This document shows, piece by piece, positions 27,686 to 40,750 of a DNA stretch of 64,000 nt. A program made the position numbers and the translations under genes. This stretch comes from Hydrolagus colliei. Lineage: Eukaryota. Below the pieces are notes generated by a model, which made no database searches, was not told where the DNA came from, and worked only from the letters and a program-made list of their open reading frames with translations. Where the stretch lies: contig CM068746.1 in the NCBI GenBank assembly GCA_035084275.1, positions 29,574,001 through 29,638,000 of the forward strand. The letters are read 5' to 3'. Position 1 is the stretch's first letter, and every line of letters begins with the position of its first letter.

Positions 27686-28005
27686 TGGCTCAGATGTTAA
27701 ATGTAGCGATTGGACCACACAACTATATAGACAAGAAAGTTGCAACTTCAAATTCCCATTTGTGCAATATGCTCAGCCTAGATGGGGAACAGAAACTGTA
27801 CTCAGCATCCCTGGATTGGAGAAGATAAAACTCAGGCTGGATTCTTACTCATAGTTACTGTCTTTTAGCATGTGCTAGGAGATACATATGCGCGCACCTT
27901 AACGTCGAATAGCCTGTGGTTAATCGTCAACAAGAGTTAAACATGAATAATGATAACTTTTGACGAAACACCAAAGGGAGTCCGTGAAACTGCACCCCAG
28001 TAGAC
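27686..28005 (+). mobile_element. Possible ancient tRNA-headed SINE remnant
   Basis: Begins tggctcag (A-box-like). Segments gtcgaatagcctg, catgaataatg and gaaactgcaccccag resemble an old chondrichthyan SINE from memory only. Confidence 0.3.
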
Positions 28006-29116
28006 ATAAATCAAATGGCTTCAGAAGATATGGATTTGGGAGAAATTTGAACAAAGGAAAACAAATCTATTAAACCCATTTTTAAAAAATTGTACTATGA
28101 CCAAGTTTTAAAGCAAATACGTAAAATGAACTAGAAAATCATATTCAATGCATTCATTGGCTGTTTTTTTTCTGAAGTTGAGTCTTTCTGCACGGTTTAC
28201 CGAAAGTGTCATATCCATAGCACCGGCCTGTTCTGTTGACAGAGATGTAATCAATTTTTATTGCACCCTCAGGCAAGCCACCAAAATCTTAAAAAGTCTA
28301 GACAAAAAAAAGATGCAACCATACGACACAATAAATTTACTGCTGCTTGCTATTGCACTCTCACTGAACAATCGGCTACAACAAATGACCTCCAATGGCA
28401 ACACAAGATAAAGAATACTGCCCTCCCAAGGGTAGCATTTTAATTTCCCCATCTCTTGTAGCAGTTTGCACTTTAAAAAAATCATGGAATAATTTATAAA
28501 TGCAGGGAGTATGTACACAGCATTTACAGATTGCTGAGAATTCTTTTAATGGCTGAACAATTTTGCTGCCTCCCCACCCAGAGTTCCTCATTCCTTTGTT
28601 CTATTCCTCATCTTTGTATTGTCAACCTTCTTTCAATCTATTCTCTCCTTCTTCCTATCCCCCACCGCCTCCACCTAATTCTTGCTCATTTATTTATTCA
28701 TTCGTTTTCAATAGTTCGGGTCAGTTTGCAGTCAGCCCACCAGCTGTTTTTTAAGGTGCTCAATTCAGCGATACAAAATACAGAGTGCTTGGGTGCATGA
28801 CCCTTCAACAAATTCATTGATTCGATACAAGCATTCTCTTATAAATTACCAGTACAGTGCTTGTTTTTTTCTCTCTCCCAAACAAATGGATGACTTGTTA
28901 TAGGAACTAAACCTAAGAAGCTATTGCATGGTTTTAATTCTCTTCTTGCTCCTTATTTAAAGATCCTTTTTCATCCATCTGCTTTCAAATTCCTTTGTTT
29001 GATTATACTTTCCACAGATGTATAGTGGACTCCTGATAACTTGACCCTGGCTTAACTTGTCACAATCATTTAAGTCATCATGTTATCACCATCCCAGCCA
29101 CATTTATGTATTTATA

Positions 29117-29324
29117 CAGTAAAAGCCCATTTATCCGGCATTCTCGGGACCTGGCACTTTAAAGCGCATGCCAGATATTCGGCCGAAAACACATTAAATT
29201 TTTTTAAAAAAAATAATACATTTTGCTGGATAAAATCCGGTTAATCGAATGGAGACCTTTTTTTGATGTGCCGATTATACGGAAGTTATGGTTGATCAGG
29301 TCACGGATGAACAAGCTTTTCCTG
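29117..29324. mobile_element. MITE family B (inverted relative to 4934-5137)
   Basis: TA|CAGTAAAAGCCCATTTATCCGGCA ... GCTTTTCCTG|TA. Confidence 0.88.
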
Positions 29325-29339
29325 TATATAGCTCACCAC

Positions 29340-29628
29340 TTGTGGGCCAGTTATCCTAAGTGGGCGAAACGGGGTAGCCAATTTCGCACAGCAGCGCCTG
29401 ACAAACAGTCGTGGATCAACTGACTAAATTATTATTATTGTGTTTTTTAAAATACAGGATTATTACCCCAGGACAAGCAATCCAACAATCAACTAACAAC
29501 TGGGTTCCTACTTACTGCTTGGTAAACAGAGGCATGTGGAGCAAGGAAACTTACCCAACATTTTGCACTGCCGGGAATAGAACCCAAGTCTCTCACTTGT
29601 GAGGCAAGTGACCACTGAGCTATAGGAC
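29340..29628 (-). mobile_element. tRNA-derived SINE (family A)
   Basis: Body and head colinear with other copies. Confidence 0.85.
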
Positions 29629-31538
29629 TATGAGGCAAGAACTGTATCAGGTTCAATTACAATGTTATCTCATCGCTTTAATCCCTTCCCCCTGCTGCAA
29701 AAGCCAGTTATAAATCATTGTCATTGTCCACCTTACACTTAAGACAAGCTGTCTCGAGCAACTGGGTCCTGTCATTTCGGAGTCATCCGAGTGCAGAAGT
29801 TTGGCAAAATAAATGAATAGGAGCACTTCTAAATGTATCCCTCAAAGGCGAACAGGTTTGGTTGCTCCTTTTCAAGCCATTAAGTCATTTTCAGGGAGCA
29901 AGATCAACTGAATTGAGTTACAGAAATAGGTGTAAAATATACTACCACGTATATCTGTATAGGTGCAGTGAGACTCAAGATTTCACAGAAACTGCAACTC
30001 TGACGCTACTAGAGATAATTGGGACTGTCGGGCTGCTATGTTGCTTTTAAAGATTGGGCTAAATGAACCGTTTATGTAGTATCAGGAGGCAACCATTTAT
30101 GGAACAGAGTTTCTACCTTGAGGACAGAAAGCCAAAAGCACAGATACAACAGAAGGAGAATTTAAGGGAAGAAAATTGCATCTAAAATGCCAAGGTTATT
30201 TAAGAGTTTTAAAGCACCACAACATGTGAACAAGACATAGCTCTAAATTACACCATTTAAGATTTTAAAAAATTCTAGAAATGCATAACAGATCAAAACT
30301 GATCAAGGGTTACATCAAAAAAGCTGATATATTTTCTCTCCTGGATGTTGACAGACAGGCTCAACAAGTCAGCCTCACTGTTCTTCTCAGTGCCCAAAGG
30401 GTTTGAGCAATTTCCCTTCGCTGTAGCAAAACTCCAGGAGTCCAGGTGCAGCCTGAGCAAAGCACAATACAGCTTGAGTTATGACTTCTGTGGATCCGAA
30501 CTCAACAGATTTGGCAAAGTCGTCCAGCATCCTGTTTGGCTTGTTTATTGCTGTCTCGCACTGTTTGGAGAATTAGCAACAAATCAACAGACAGCCAGCC
30601 CTCTTTCAGCTTATCACTTCTTCTGTTCGTAACCAGATATTAACCCAGTTCCTTCTCAACATGACACAAATCATCTCTATTCTAAGTGCTTACTCCTCTA
30701 AGGAGAATAAAATAGGGCAACTGAAGAATCTGATACTGGACAAAGATACATTTCTGTCCTCAGCTCATACTGATATACAGTAATCAATATCTTATCTGCA
30801 GTTTGCATAAGCACCATTTTAGCAGCCAAGTTCCTCCAGATACATTCACTTTGTGAAAAGTCCGTTGTCCATTTTTAGTCAAAAGCTAAATACTAGAACA
30901 AAAAACAATAAAAATAAATTGCAAGTTCAACTACCTAAAAATGAAAAAAACAAGCTAAAAAATAAAGCACATAGTAAAAATTTTAAGTACTTGCCATCTG
31001 GCATTTTCATGTCAAAGCAGCTGACAGTGAGGAAGTAGGATGAGTTGACACAGCATAGCATTAGCGGGTTGTCATTTTGTCTCTGGAATGTGTTTTTAAA
31101 GCTAGCACAGATTGAAGCAATGAAAATCATCCCTGGCGGCCGCAAAAGGCTCCAACTCAAACTAGCCTGGACAGCCTCGACCAAGCTACTTGTCTGAGCA
31201 GGTCCACTGAGTAATTCTCCCACAATTCAATATGAACTGAAAACATCGGAGGCCGGGAGGACAGCTGGTGTGTGAAATCTGGAATTCACAAGTACAATAG
31301 AGGATGCTATTTTAAGGTTGAAGCAGAGAATGATGTGAGAGCTAATTTGGGTTTGGGGATTATTGATGTGGACTGTGACTGACCAAGTTGAAAAATGGAG
31401 AAACAGTATTTGTTCCCTTGGTAGGTAATACAGCTAAATGAACCTGCTGCATTGATCCTTGGAACAATGACAGAGGATGATAGCTCTACAGTTTAACACC
31501 ATTTTGTTTTTACAAAACAGTCAAAAATTGCAACAGGT

Positions 31539-32175
31539 AACAACAACAACAAAATTACATTTATTTGAGAGCCTTTCACATCAGGGGTGATGTCCCAAGG
31601 CACTGAACAGTCAGGACCGGACTCGAACAAGGGAGAGGGGCAGGGTAGGGGGGAGGGGCGGGAGAGAGTTCAGAGGGCAGCAGAAGGCACGGTTGAACAG
31701 TAGGTGCTTGAGACCAGGCTTGAAGGAGGTGAGGAGGCAGCATGGCGAAGGGATCGTGGGATGGAGTTCCAGAGTGTGGGGGCAGTGAGGCTGAAAGCCC
31801 GTCTGCCGATGGTAGGGCGGGTCGGGCGGGGGACATGGAGCAGGCCGGAGCCCGCTGATTGGAGTGGGCGGTGAGGTTCATAGGGGGCAAGGCCATGAAT
31901 GGTCTTGAAGGTGAGGACGAGGATCTTGAATTCGATCCTCGGGGGATGGGGAACCAATAGAGCCAGAGAGAGTGAGAGTGATGTGGTTGCAGTGCTTGGT
32001 ACGGGTGAGAATATGAGCTGCAGAGTTCTGGATGATCTGCAGCTTGTGAAGGGAAGAACCAGGAAGGCCGATGAGGAGGGAATTTCCGTAGTCGTGCCTT
32101 GACGTGATGAATGAATGGACGAGGGGTTTGGGAGCCTGAGGGGTAAGGCAGTGGCAGACTCTGGCGATGTTGCGA
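31539..32175 (-). mobile_element. L2-type LINE 3' fragment
   Basis: HKLQIIQNSAA, RIEFKILVLTFKTIHGLAP and RRAFSLTAPTLWNSIP motifs; (CAA)n tail at 31539-31552. Confidence 0.9.
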
Positions 32176-32244
32176 TGCAACACAAAATATCAACCAGTAA
32201 AAGTTCACAAGACAATCAATAAGAAATTTTAATTTTACAATTAC

Positions 32245-32585
32245 TTCAAAGCCCTCCCTCCATACCTCTGTGGCCTGCAAAGCCCATATCACCTGCCCAC
32301 TCCCTCTGCTCAGCAGCCTGCTTCACGTCCAACCGCCCTACAATCAGCGGTTGGACTTTCCATTCAGCACCCCATTCTGTTTGCCTTGCTCCCTCCCTTG
32401 TCTCCTTCTAGGCACGTCTCAAGACCATTCTCTTTCATCACGCCTTCGGCAACTTCCTACTCTCCCTATCCTCAACGCTCACTGATTCCCACTCCCAACC
32501 ACTCGGGTCTAAATCCCTGACTGTGCAGTGGCTTGGGACATCCTCCCGACATGAAAGGCGTTATACAAATGTAATTTTGTATTGT
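32245..32585 (+). mobile_element. L2-type LINE 3' end
   Basis: Same 3' tail motif (cttgggacatcctcccgacatgaaaggcgttatacaaatgtaattttgt). Confidence 0.8.
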
Positions 32586-33691
32586 ATGATCGAGCATCTA
32601 TGACAAATCTAAGGGCTGAAGGATTAAATAATTCTTGCTCCTTCACTTTAACTTACATTGCATATTTCATTTTCAAGTTTGTGGTGAACATAAAATAGAA
32701 ATGTTTTAAAAATTAATCCAACCTAGGGTTGGGAGATTTATCTGAAGCAACAGAACATTCAAATTATGATTTTCCAACTAAATCTGTGAATCAAGCGTAT
32801 TATTCAAATGGATTCCATTAAATTGGCAACCAAAGAGCCTTTGTCATAGAGAAGTAATTAAAATAATTGTGCAGATTACATTTGCTCAAGTGTTCGGATC
32901 ACAAGGAAAGGATAGATTCTGATTAAGCCTCAGAAGGAGATAAAAATTGTTCAGTTACATGAGATTCTTAGTGCTTACCTTACATTATATTACACTTTCA
33001 GGAGAGATGCTTCAATGAATACAGCAAAAAAAACTTAACACTCAGGTAATTCTTGGGCATTCAACACATCTGTTGATTTGATTTTCATATTTATTAATTG
33101 AATTCAATCTTTAATGATCAAACTACAATTTTAATAAAGTGTGGCATTTTCTTGGCTGTGATGCAACACAAATAGCAATTATACTGTCATCTTATACTTC
33201 GGTTTCTGACCTAGGGTCATTCATACAAAGAAAAAAATAAGCGCATCAATCTACATAATTAATTTCAACAATTCAAGCATACAACTTTGCCAATCAATTT
33301 TTTTGCAGAACAAGTCTAACATTTTAGTATAATTTTTACATTAGATGCATAATTCTAAGATTACGTTCAATTGCTAATGGAGAAATAGTCAAATGAGCCT
33401 TATTGTGGGGCTACTGTAAAATAAAAATTAATAGTTGTATGGAGATAATTCGGGAAATGTGGCAAATTATTAGCAAGATTTGTTCATTTCTTCATAAATA
33501 CCGGTAATTGTGTTCACTGAAAAATATCAGTATTGACGGTTTACACAAAAATATTGGGGAGGAATACATAGAATTATGACACAGAAATGGGCCAAATTTC
33601 CCAAATAGTCTGTATCACTGTTCATACCACACATAAAATTCCACTTCTTTCTTCCTCATGGATGAATTTGAGTATCCTCTTAAATGCAATG

Positions 33692-33862
33692 GAATCCTGT
33701 AGCTTAGTTGTTAGAGAACTTGCCTAGCAAACAAGAAGACCTGGGTTTGATTTCCAGGCAGCACAAAACATTGGGCACGTTTCCTTACTCCACACGGCAC
33801 AGTTTATCTAGCATTATTTAGGAACTCAGTTGTTAGTCGATTGGCGAATCACTTTTCTTGGC
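33692..33862 (+). mobile_element. SINE family A head (plus strand)
   Basis: gaatcctgtagcttagttgttagag...gacctgggtttgatttcc: decayed A and B boxes. Confidence 0.75.
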
Positions 33863-34644
33863 AGCATTGCATCTAGCTACCATACTCATGCCCCCGGAAG
33901 ATTATGAAAGTAATCATGGAATTATGCTTGTAATTAAGAATTATACTAAAAGGTATAATTTAAGTTTTGGACTCGGCAACAAATGAAAACAGCTGACTGA
34001 CATCTACCTAATCAAATCCGTTCATAATCTTAAACATCCCTAATAGGTCCTCTCTCAATCGTCTCCATGAGAGAAAAAAAAAGCAAAATATTTAGAGCTA
34101 AAGGATTTTAACAATTTTTTTTCGCCCAGAGCCACTGTTGTTGAAGGCTGTCTCTTTAATCTTTTCATATACTATGCCTGCCACTAGGTTCCAACATTTC
34201 GAGTAAAAATCATACAACAGATGCAGCACAATTTAACCTATTTACAGACAATGATAATCAGAAAACTGGTAATCATTTGCTAAACACAAGTGATATCTTA
34301 AATTTTAGATGAAGCAGCTCCCTGATGATTCAATGAATTTCCCAATGAATACATAGCTGTTGGAAAAAGGATGACAGGATTGATCCCCACTTTGCAACAA
34401 TGTATTACTTTACATCATTCTGAGAGAATCAGACAAATTTGACTTCAATGTTTCAAATTTCTGAGGGAGAAAGAACACAAATCACTCATGGTTCTCACTC
34501 TATGGCTATCCAATGATATCTCTGGATGGACATCAATTGGGGCAGAATCTACCTCTGTTATATCTCTATTGCTGAATTGATGCTAACCCACCATCAAGAC
34601 TCACATATGAATGATTGTGGGAATGTGACTCAGGTAAAGGGCAA

Positions 34645-35400
34645 TGTGGTAAAGTCAGTCAGGAACCTAGGTATCCTGCTCGATCCTCAATGGTCTTTCC
34701 TCCCCTACATCCAAGCCATGACCCACTCTGCTATCTGTCATTCCGTAATATTGCCTAAATCTACCACTATCTCACCCCTCATGCACTGAAACTCATTCAT
34801 GCCTTTAACACATCCCGGCTTGACTATGCCAATACCCTCCCTTACCAATTCCTCCCTCCATAGGCTGCAGATAAACTAGAACACTGTGACCTGTGTCCTC
34901 TACCACTCCAAATTTCTTGACCCCCATCTCCCTCATCCTCGCCTGACTCCCTTGGCTCCCCAGCACCCAGAGGATTCAATGCAAGATCCTGGTCCTCACA
35001 TTCAAAGCCCTCCATGGCTTCGCCCCACCTTACCTCTGCGATCTCCTAACCACCCCCTACCAACCTGCCCGCCCCCTCCGCTCAGCAGGCTCCGGCCTGC
35101 TCCACGTCCCCCAACCCACCTACCCCACCATTGGCGGGAAAGCCTTCAGCCACTCTGCCCCCAACTTCTGGAACTCCATCACACAGTCCCTCCGCCTCGC
35201 CTCCTCCCTAGACTCCTTGAAGTCCCGCCTCAAGACCCTCCTCTTCGATGGTCCCATCGGTCACCCCAAACTCCCCCCTTTCCCTCCACCATCACTGAAC
35301 CCGATCCCAGCTCGGGTCTGAAACAATGACTTTCCAGCAAGTGGGACATTCTCCTGATGTCAAAGGCGCTATACAAGCATAATTTTGCTCTTGTTGTTGT
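34645..35400 (+). mobile_element. L2-type LINE 3' fragment
   Basis: VRNLGILLDP motif, homologous 3' region, tail ending ttgttgtt. Confidence 0.85.
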
Positions 35401-36196
35401 TTGAATCCCAAGAAGTAAAAAATTTATATCCCAGAAGAGTGGCAACCGGAATGCAGGAATATGACACAAAAACAAAACATTTTAAATGCTAAACATTTAA
35501 ACGATTATTTTGAGAAGGCTCCCAATTGCCTTAAGGCTATCACATCCACATTGATATAGGCTAGTTCTTACAGAATCAGAAAATACATGCACCTTTGCTT
35601 ACAAAAATTCTGACAGGTTCAAAGTATAAAAGTAATTCAGATTTCCTGATTTTCTGGTTTTGCAACACAAAAAGTAAAGTGCAAAAAAAAAGTCTTGTCG
35701 CTTTACAGCAAAATTCTAATCCCGTCCATTGTGTGCAATACTATAAATATTCATTGCATTTCCTCTCAAATCAATTGAAGATCAGCAGGTGAGATGGACA
35801 TCATTTGTGGTCCAGAGTAAGCTGCAACACTGCAGCCCTTGCAAACTTGCACAGGGAATTAATGAAAGTGGAACCACTTAAAATAGGAGACAGATCAAGT
35901 TTTTGTTCAATTGGTGTGAAGTCAGAGAGGACAAGTTGGGTCAAACATATCTGCTGAGACATACCTCAGGCATCCTGACTGTTTTATTGTCCTGCCATAA
36001 CACGGTCTGCAGCAAAGAAATAAGAGTAGAAAGAAAAAACAGGCAATATATCAAAAGTTAAATGAGGAAGAAAAGCATAAACAGATGGGGGGGGCGGGGG
36101 GGACGGACATATAGAAATGTAGTGCAAAACAATGAGAACAAAACATCAGTAGAACTCATTAGTGGTGTTGAGCTCCTGAAGATGACTTGTCTAATA

Positions 36197-36931
36197 AGGT
36201 AGAAGCCCGTTTATCCGTGACTCGATGCACCGGCACTTCCATATAACCGGTAGGCCAAAAAAAAATCCCCATTCGATAAACTGGAACTTATCCGGAACAA
36301 TAGCAGTGGAGCATTTGTAAATGCATACATAATAACATAATAACAGAATATTGCATTGGCACTCACCATCAAAACTAATCTCCTGCGCCCCCCGCCCCCG
36401 CTGGTAGATGCTGTGCTTGAAGCCATGCTGCTGCGGTTGAGGTTTACATTCCAACGACCCCTCCCAAAATGGAGCACGCCAAGCGGGCAAAAAAAACGGA
36501 GCGCGTATGACTTCATAGTCATACTAGCGGCAATCCGATAACGCTAGCCAATAACCCACATTGTCGTGCAGGTGCAGTATTTTGGTTTGCCGCTAGTAGT
36601 CTAGGGCTTCGGCTTGTAGCTAGTAAAGTCGCTCGACTTTAAAATTGCGCTGCCGCTTCTTTCACCCGCCTGACGTTCCCCCATTCAAAAAAGAATCGCT
36701 GGACTGCGAACCCCAATCAGTAAAGGTGAGAAGCACAAGACAGCAGCCCCAACAATAAGCATCAACACAATATTCTGCCACTATCTGCTATTACCGTGTA
36801 TATGGTATGTGTTAAAAGAACTTTAATTTTTTTGTAATGGGTTTTCGGCTGTGGGCCGCCCGAATATCCGGCAGGCGCTTTAACCGGCACTGGCCAGGTC
36901 CCGTGGATGCTGGATAAGCGGGCTTCTACTG
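36197..36931. mobile_element. MITE family B, long internal variant
   Basis: Same TIR family (GTAGAAGCCCGTTTATCCG ... GGATAAGCGGGCTTCTACTG|TA) with about 500 bp of CpG-rich interior. Confidence 0.85.
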
Positions 36932-38113
36932 TATATCACAATAGTAGGTGTGGTGCTCTTGTTTGTTCAGTTCCTGAGCCAGGAAGGTCCACAGTATTCC
37001 AGGGCATTACTGGTGAGGGCAATACCCAGCCCATTCGCAGGAATTGGAAGGGCAGACCAATCACTGGAGGCAGGGACTCTTCCCACTCAGCTACTGTTAA
37101 CCCTGCAAGCAAAAGCCCTAATGGGTAGGGTGGTCCTAGCTTTACAAGCAGCGGGAAGCTTGCCAGACAGTGCTCTCAATGGCAATAGATGTGGTTTTAG
37201 CTGATTATAACTCCAGATGTACCCCCAATGCACACTCTGCGAACACCTAGCCTTTACTCTTCCCACCCTGTGGCTAATCTTCAGAAAGTATTTTTTTTTA
37301 AAAAGCAATGATATCCTGTTTATACTGCAACCTAACTGTAAATAAAATGCATGGTCCCTTTTAATATAATATGACGATCATGATTGCTCATCTTTCAACT
37401 CACTAAAATTTTTTTAAAAAGCAACACATGATTTTCTGATCCTCTTGTACTACCATTCCACATTTGGGGTCATAATAGTAGAGTATATATTCATAATGGT
37501 AGAATAGTGCACAATTTAATCTAAGAAACTGTTGTAAAGCACAATTAAGCTCTAGTTACCATTCGTTACTATTCCAATCATCCAATGTGTATATTGGATC
37601 AGCAAGGCAACAACAGAACAAAGTCTTACTGTTTAGCAAGAGATGCAAGAATGCAATACTTGAAAATAAAAGATAAGATTTTTTTAAATGGTTGTTACAA
37701 ACAATAGTACAACATAACAGTAAAATTATGCTCCCCTCACTCTCCCATCCCATTCAACACCAAGACAAAATATTGAAATAGATGTGGTTCTCATTTGTAC
37801 AGACAAAATGTCATTCAGGTTTAGAATTCTTGCGAGGCTGCTTAGCCATCAACAAGCCAAATGTATTCAGTAACCTGTAATTGAAGTAAAAAGCACTTAT
37901 ACAGCAGACAAATCCGCACTAATCTGCAAAGCGATCATAAAAAATAAACCAAACCAAGCCTCCCCAGTACAATTTCTCCATGTGGTTTGGGGAATTATAT
38001 CAATCTTGCTGTTGAACCCCAAGTAGACAAAACTGGCAGTTTGTGCAGCTGATTATGGCCATTCCAATACAATATTACATTTTTACAATAGGAGATAATG
38101 TCCAATGAATATG

Positions 38114-38557
38114 CAGTAAAAGCCCCCTTATCCGGCACCCACGGGACCTGGCCAATGCCAGTTAAAGCGCCTGCCGGATATTCAGGCGGCCTGCAGCCAA
38201 ACACCCACAACAAAAAATTTTCAGTTCTTTTGACACACACCAGACTAAATAATAACAGATAATAACAGAATATTGTATTAGTACTTATTGTTAAAACTAC
38301 TCTCTTGCGCTTCTCACCTTTACTGATTGACGTTTACAGTCGAGCGATTCTTTTTTAAATGGAGGATGCCAAGTACTTAACAATAAGTACTAATACAATA
38401 TTCTGTTATTATGTTATTATTTATGCATTCACAAATGCTCCACTGCTATTGTTCCAGATAAATTTCAGTTTATCGAATGGGGACTTTTTTTGGGGGGAGT
38501 GCCAGTTTAATATGTAAGTGCCTCTTCATCAAGTCATGGATAAACAGGCTTCTTCTG
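38114..38557. mobile_element. MITE family B, internally deleted inverted relative of 36197-36931
   Basis: CAGTAAAAGCCCCCTTATCCGGCAC ... GGATAAACAGGCTTCTTCTG|TA; shares interior segments with 36197-36931 in reverse orientation. Confidence 0.85.
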
Positions 38558-40750
38558 TAGTTCCATTTCCTTCTTCAGAAAGGGAATCATCGGGGGCAGA
38601 TGGGGGTGGGAGAGGAAAGAACCCAGGCTGCTCCTGGACACTGAGATGGTATGCGACCAGCAAAGACCTACGAATATCTTACCACACTGCCTATGGGGGG
38701 AGGGAAAAGTAAAAAATAAAGAATTTTAAAATGCCGAAACAGAAATGTGAGGTGCTTAAGAAACAACATTCTAAATGCTTCAACAGTTATCCTTTGGAAT
38801 ACAAATAGCGGGGTTGCTGCCTTGCTGCAACCGTTATTTTTGATCAGCAATTTGTTTTTGTCCCTCCTTGGTGATACACTTCCTGGAATTACATACATCC
38901 AGAAATTTATTTTGCTTGCTTTTGGTGAAAAATGGGGAGAAAAAGTTGCGTTGGTGGCAACCACATGAATTTGTACCCTCATGGTGAATAGTACAAATGG
39001 CGTAGGGATGCACTTGCACACATTTGCTTTAGTGATCGAATGTATTGCCCAGGCTGTTCATCAACTGTTAGCTGGAACTTTACAACTTAAGACTTAGATC
39101 CAAGTTGTAAATCTTAGATCTACAAGTATTCTCTTTTTTTTAAATTGAAGTACGTGCAGCTGTATCTTCGCAATAAATTCTGTGAATGCTCCGAGATGTT
39201 CTCCTGACATGAAAGGCACAGTATAGGAAGCAAGAGTAATTATTATTTTAATGCATCTCTTCCAACCTTTGCACGCCAAGTCTGAGTAATTCTTTCTCCC
39301 ATCAAAGATAAATTGGGCAGGTCATTTATGTTGTCAGTTTATTGTCTTTTTCCTTTCTCTCTGCCTAGTGCATTTAGAATCTGCCTCAAAGATGCCCAAA
39401 CATGCCACCGCTGATATTAATGTAGTATTTTCATTTAAACTGTTTAGGAACAGTTTAATTTTCAATTTCAATATTTTCACAAAATTGTGTTCAGAGAAAA
39501 GCATATTAAATTTACATCGATCACACAAAATTCTAGTTTGAAGCAATGTAAAATTTGCCTACAATTTGACTCAACAATATAACTTCAAACTCACAAAACT
39601 CTCCAGTTAAATCTTCCAACATTCCCCTTTCCCACAAAAACTATTCCCTTTGGTCTGTAAGTGAGATTCAGCTCAAGGATATGCTGAATCAGACTTTTCC
39701 ATTACAGACTCATCCCAATTACAAACTCAAATGAGACTGCACAAACCCATTTCACTGAACGCTCCATTAGTATGCAGAGAGATTTCCATTTCAGTACCCA
39801 CTTGATTTAACACCTTTAGCTTCAGAAACAAAATGACAAATGATAGAGTGAAATGAGCGAACACAAATCCCTGCCAAAAAATTTAAACTCAGTTTGCCAC
39901 CTACTCTCTGATCGTTCATTCTCCATTTGACTATTATTACTTCCTTCTCCTGTCACACTGTCTGTGATGAAGTGCTATACCAAATGGTTATAACTTGCAG
40001 CAATGAAGCCAAATGTTACCATAAAAATCTCACACTTCAATGATAATTACAATGCTTTTTTTTCCAGACAAGACAATCACACCAAAGATTAAGCACAATT
40101 CAAACCATCTCCTCCTCCTCCGCCATAATGATTCAGTTGATAAAGACACTGCTCAATGCTCTCCTCTCTGGATTCACTCAACCTTGCAGTTTGGTTAGCT
40201 TGCCATCAAAATGCCTAAAAGTATCTAAAGCAGACAATTCCATATATACATGCCACCTGAGAAGGAAATCTCCCTTCATCTGAAATGGAGTGCATGCATA
40301 TCCCATAGGGGGATACAGTTTACCTTTATGTACTGGGTTACTGTTAGAGCTTAACCAGCTAAAACAACAGATGCCTCCACAACTGTGGAACAAGGTTCTC
40401 ACTATTTGACCAAGTAGAAGGATGAACTCAACTCCGATATTCCATCAACTTCGAGCCAGCTCAACCCTAGGTAAACCACACTCTCACATCGTCATCCCAC
40501 CCGCACTACAAAATTGAAAACATCCAGCATTTCTCATGCACAAATGCTGATCTTCCTCAAGTCAAATAAAATACCAAAACATAAATTCTCTGAAATTAAC
40601 CAAAACATAAAGTGGCATTCTATTGTCCAATTCAAACCATACTGTCCTAATAAAGGCTATGCTAAAATTGTCCAAAGGTGCAAGAAAAAACCCATTAATT
40701 TCTTGTCACGTTGTCTAGTTGTTGGTGCACTTTTCGCGCGGATGGTAATA

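Noticed and set aside
33692-33770. tRNA-like sequences (also at the heads of other SINE copies)
   Set aside because: They are SINE heads attached to a repeated body and tail; no intact cloverleaf.
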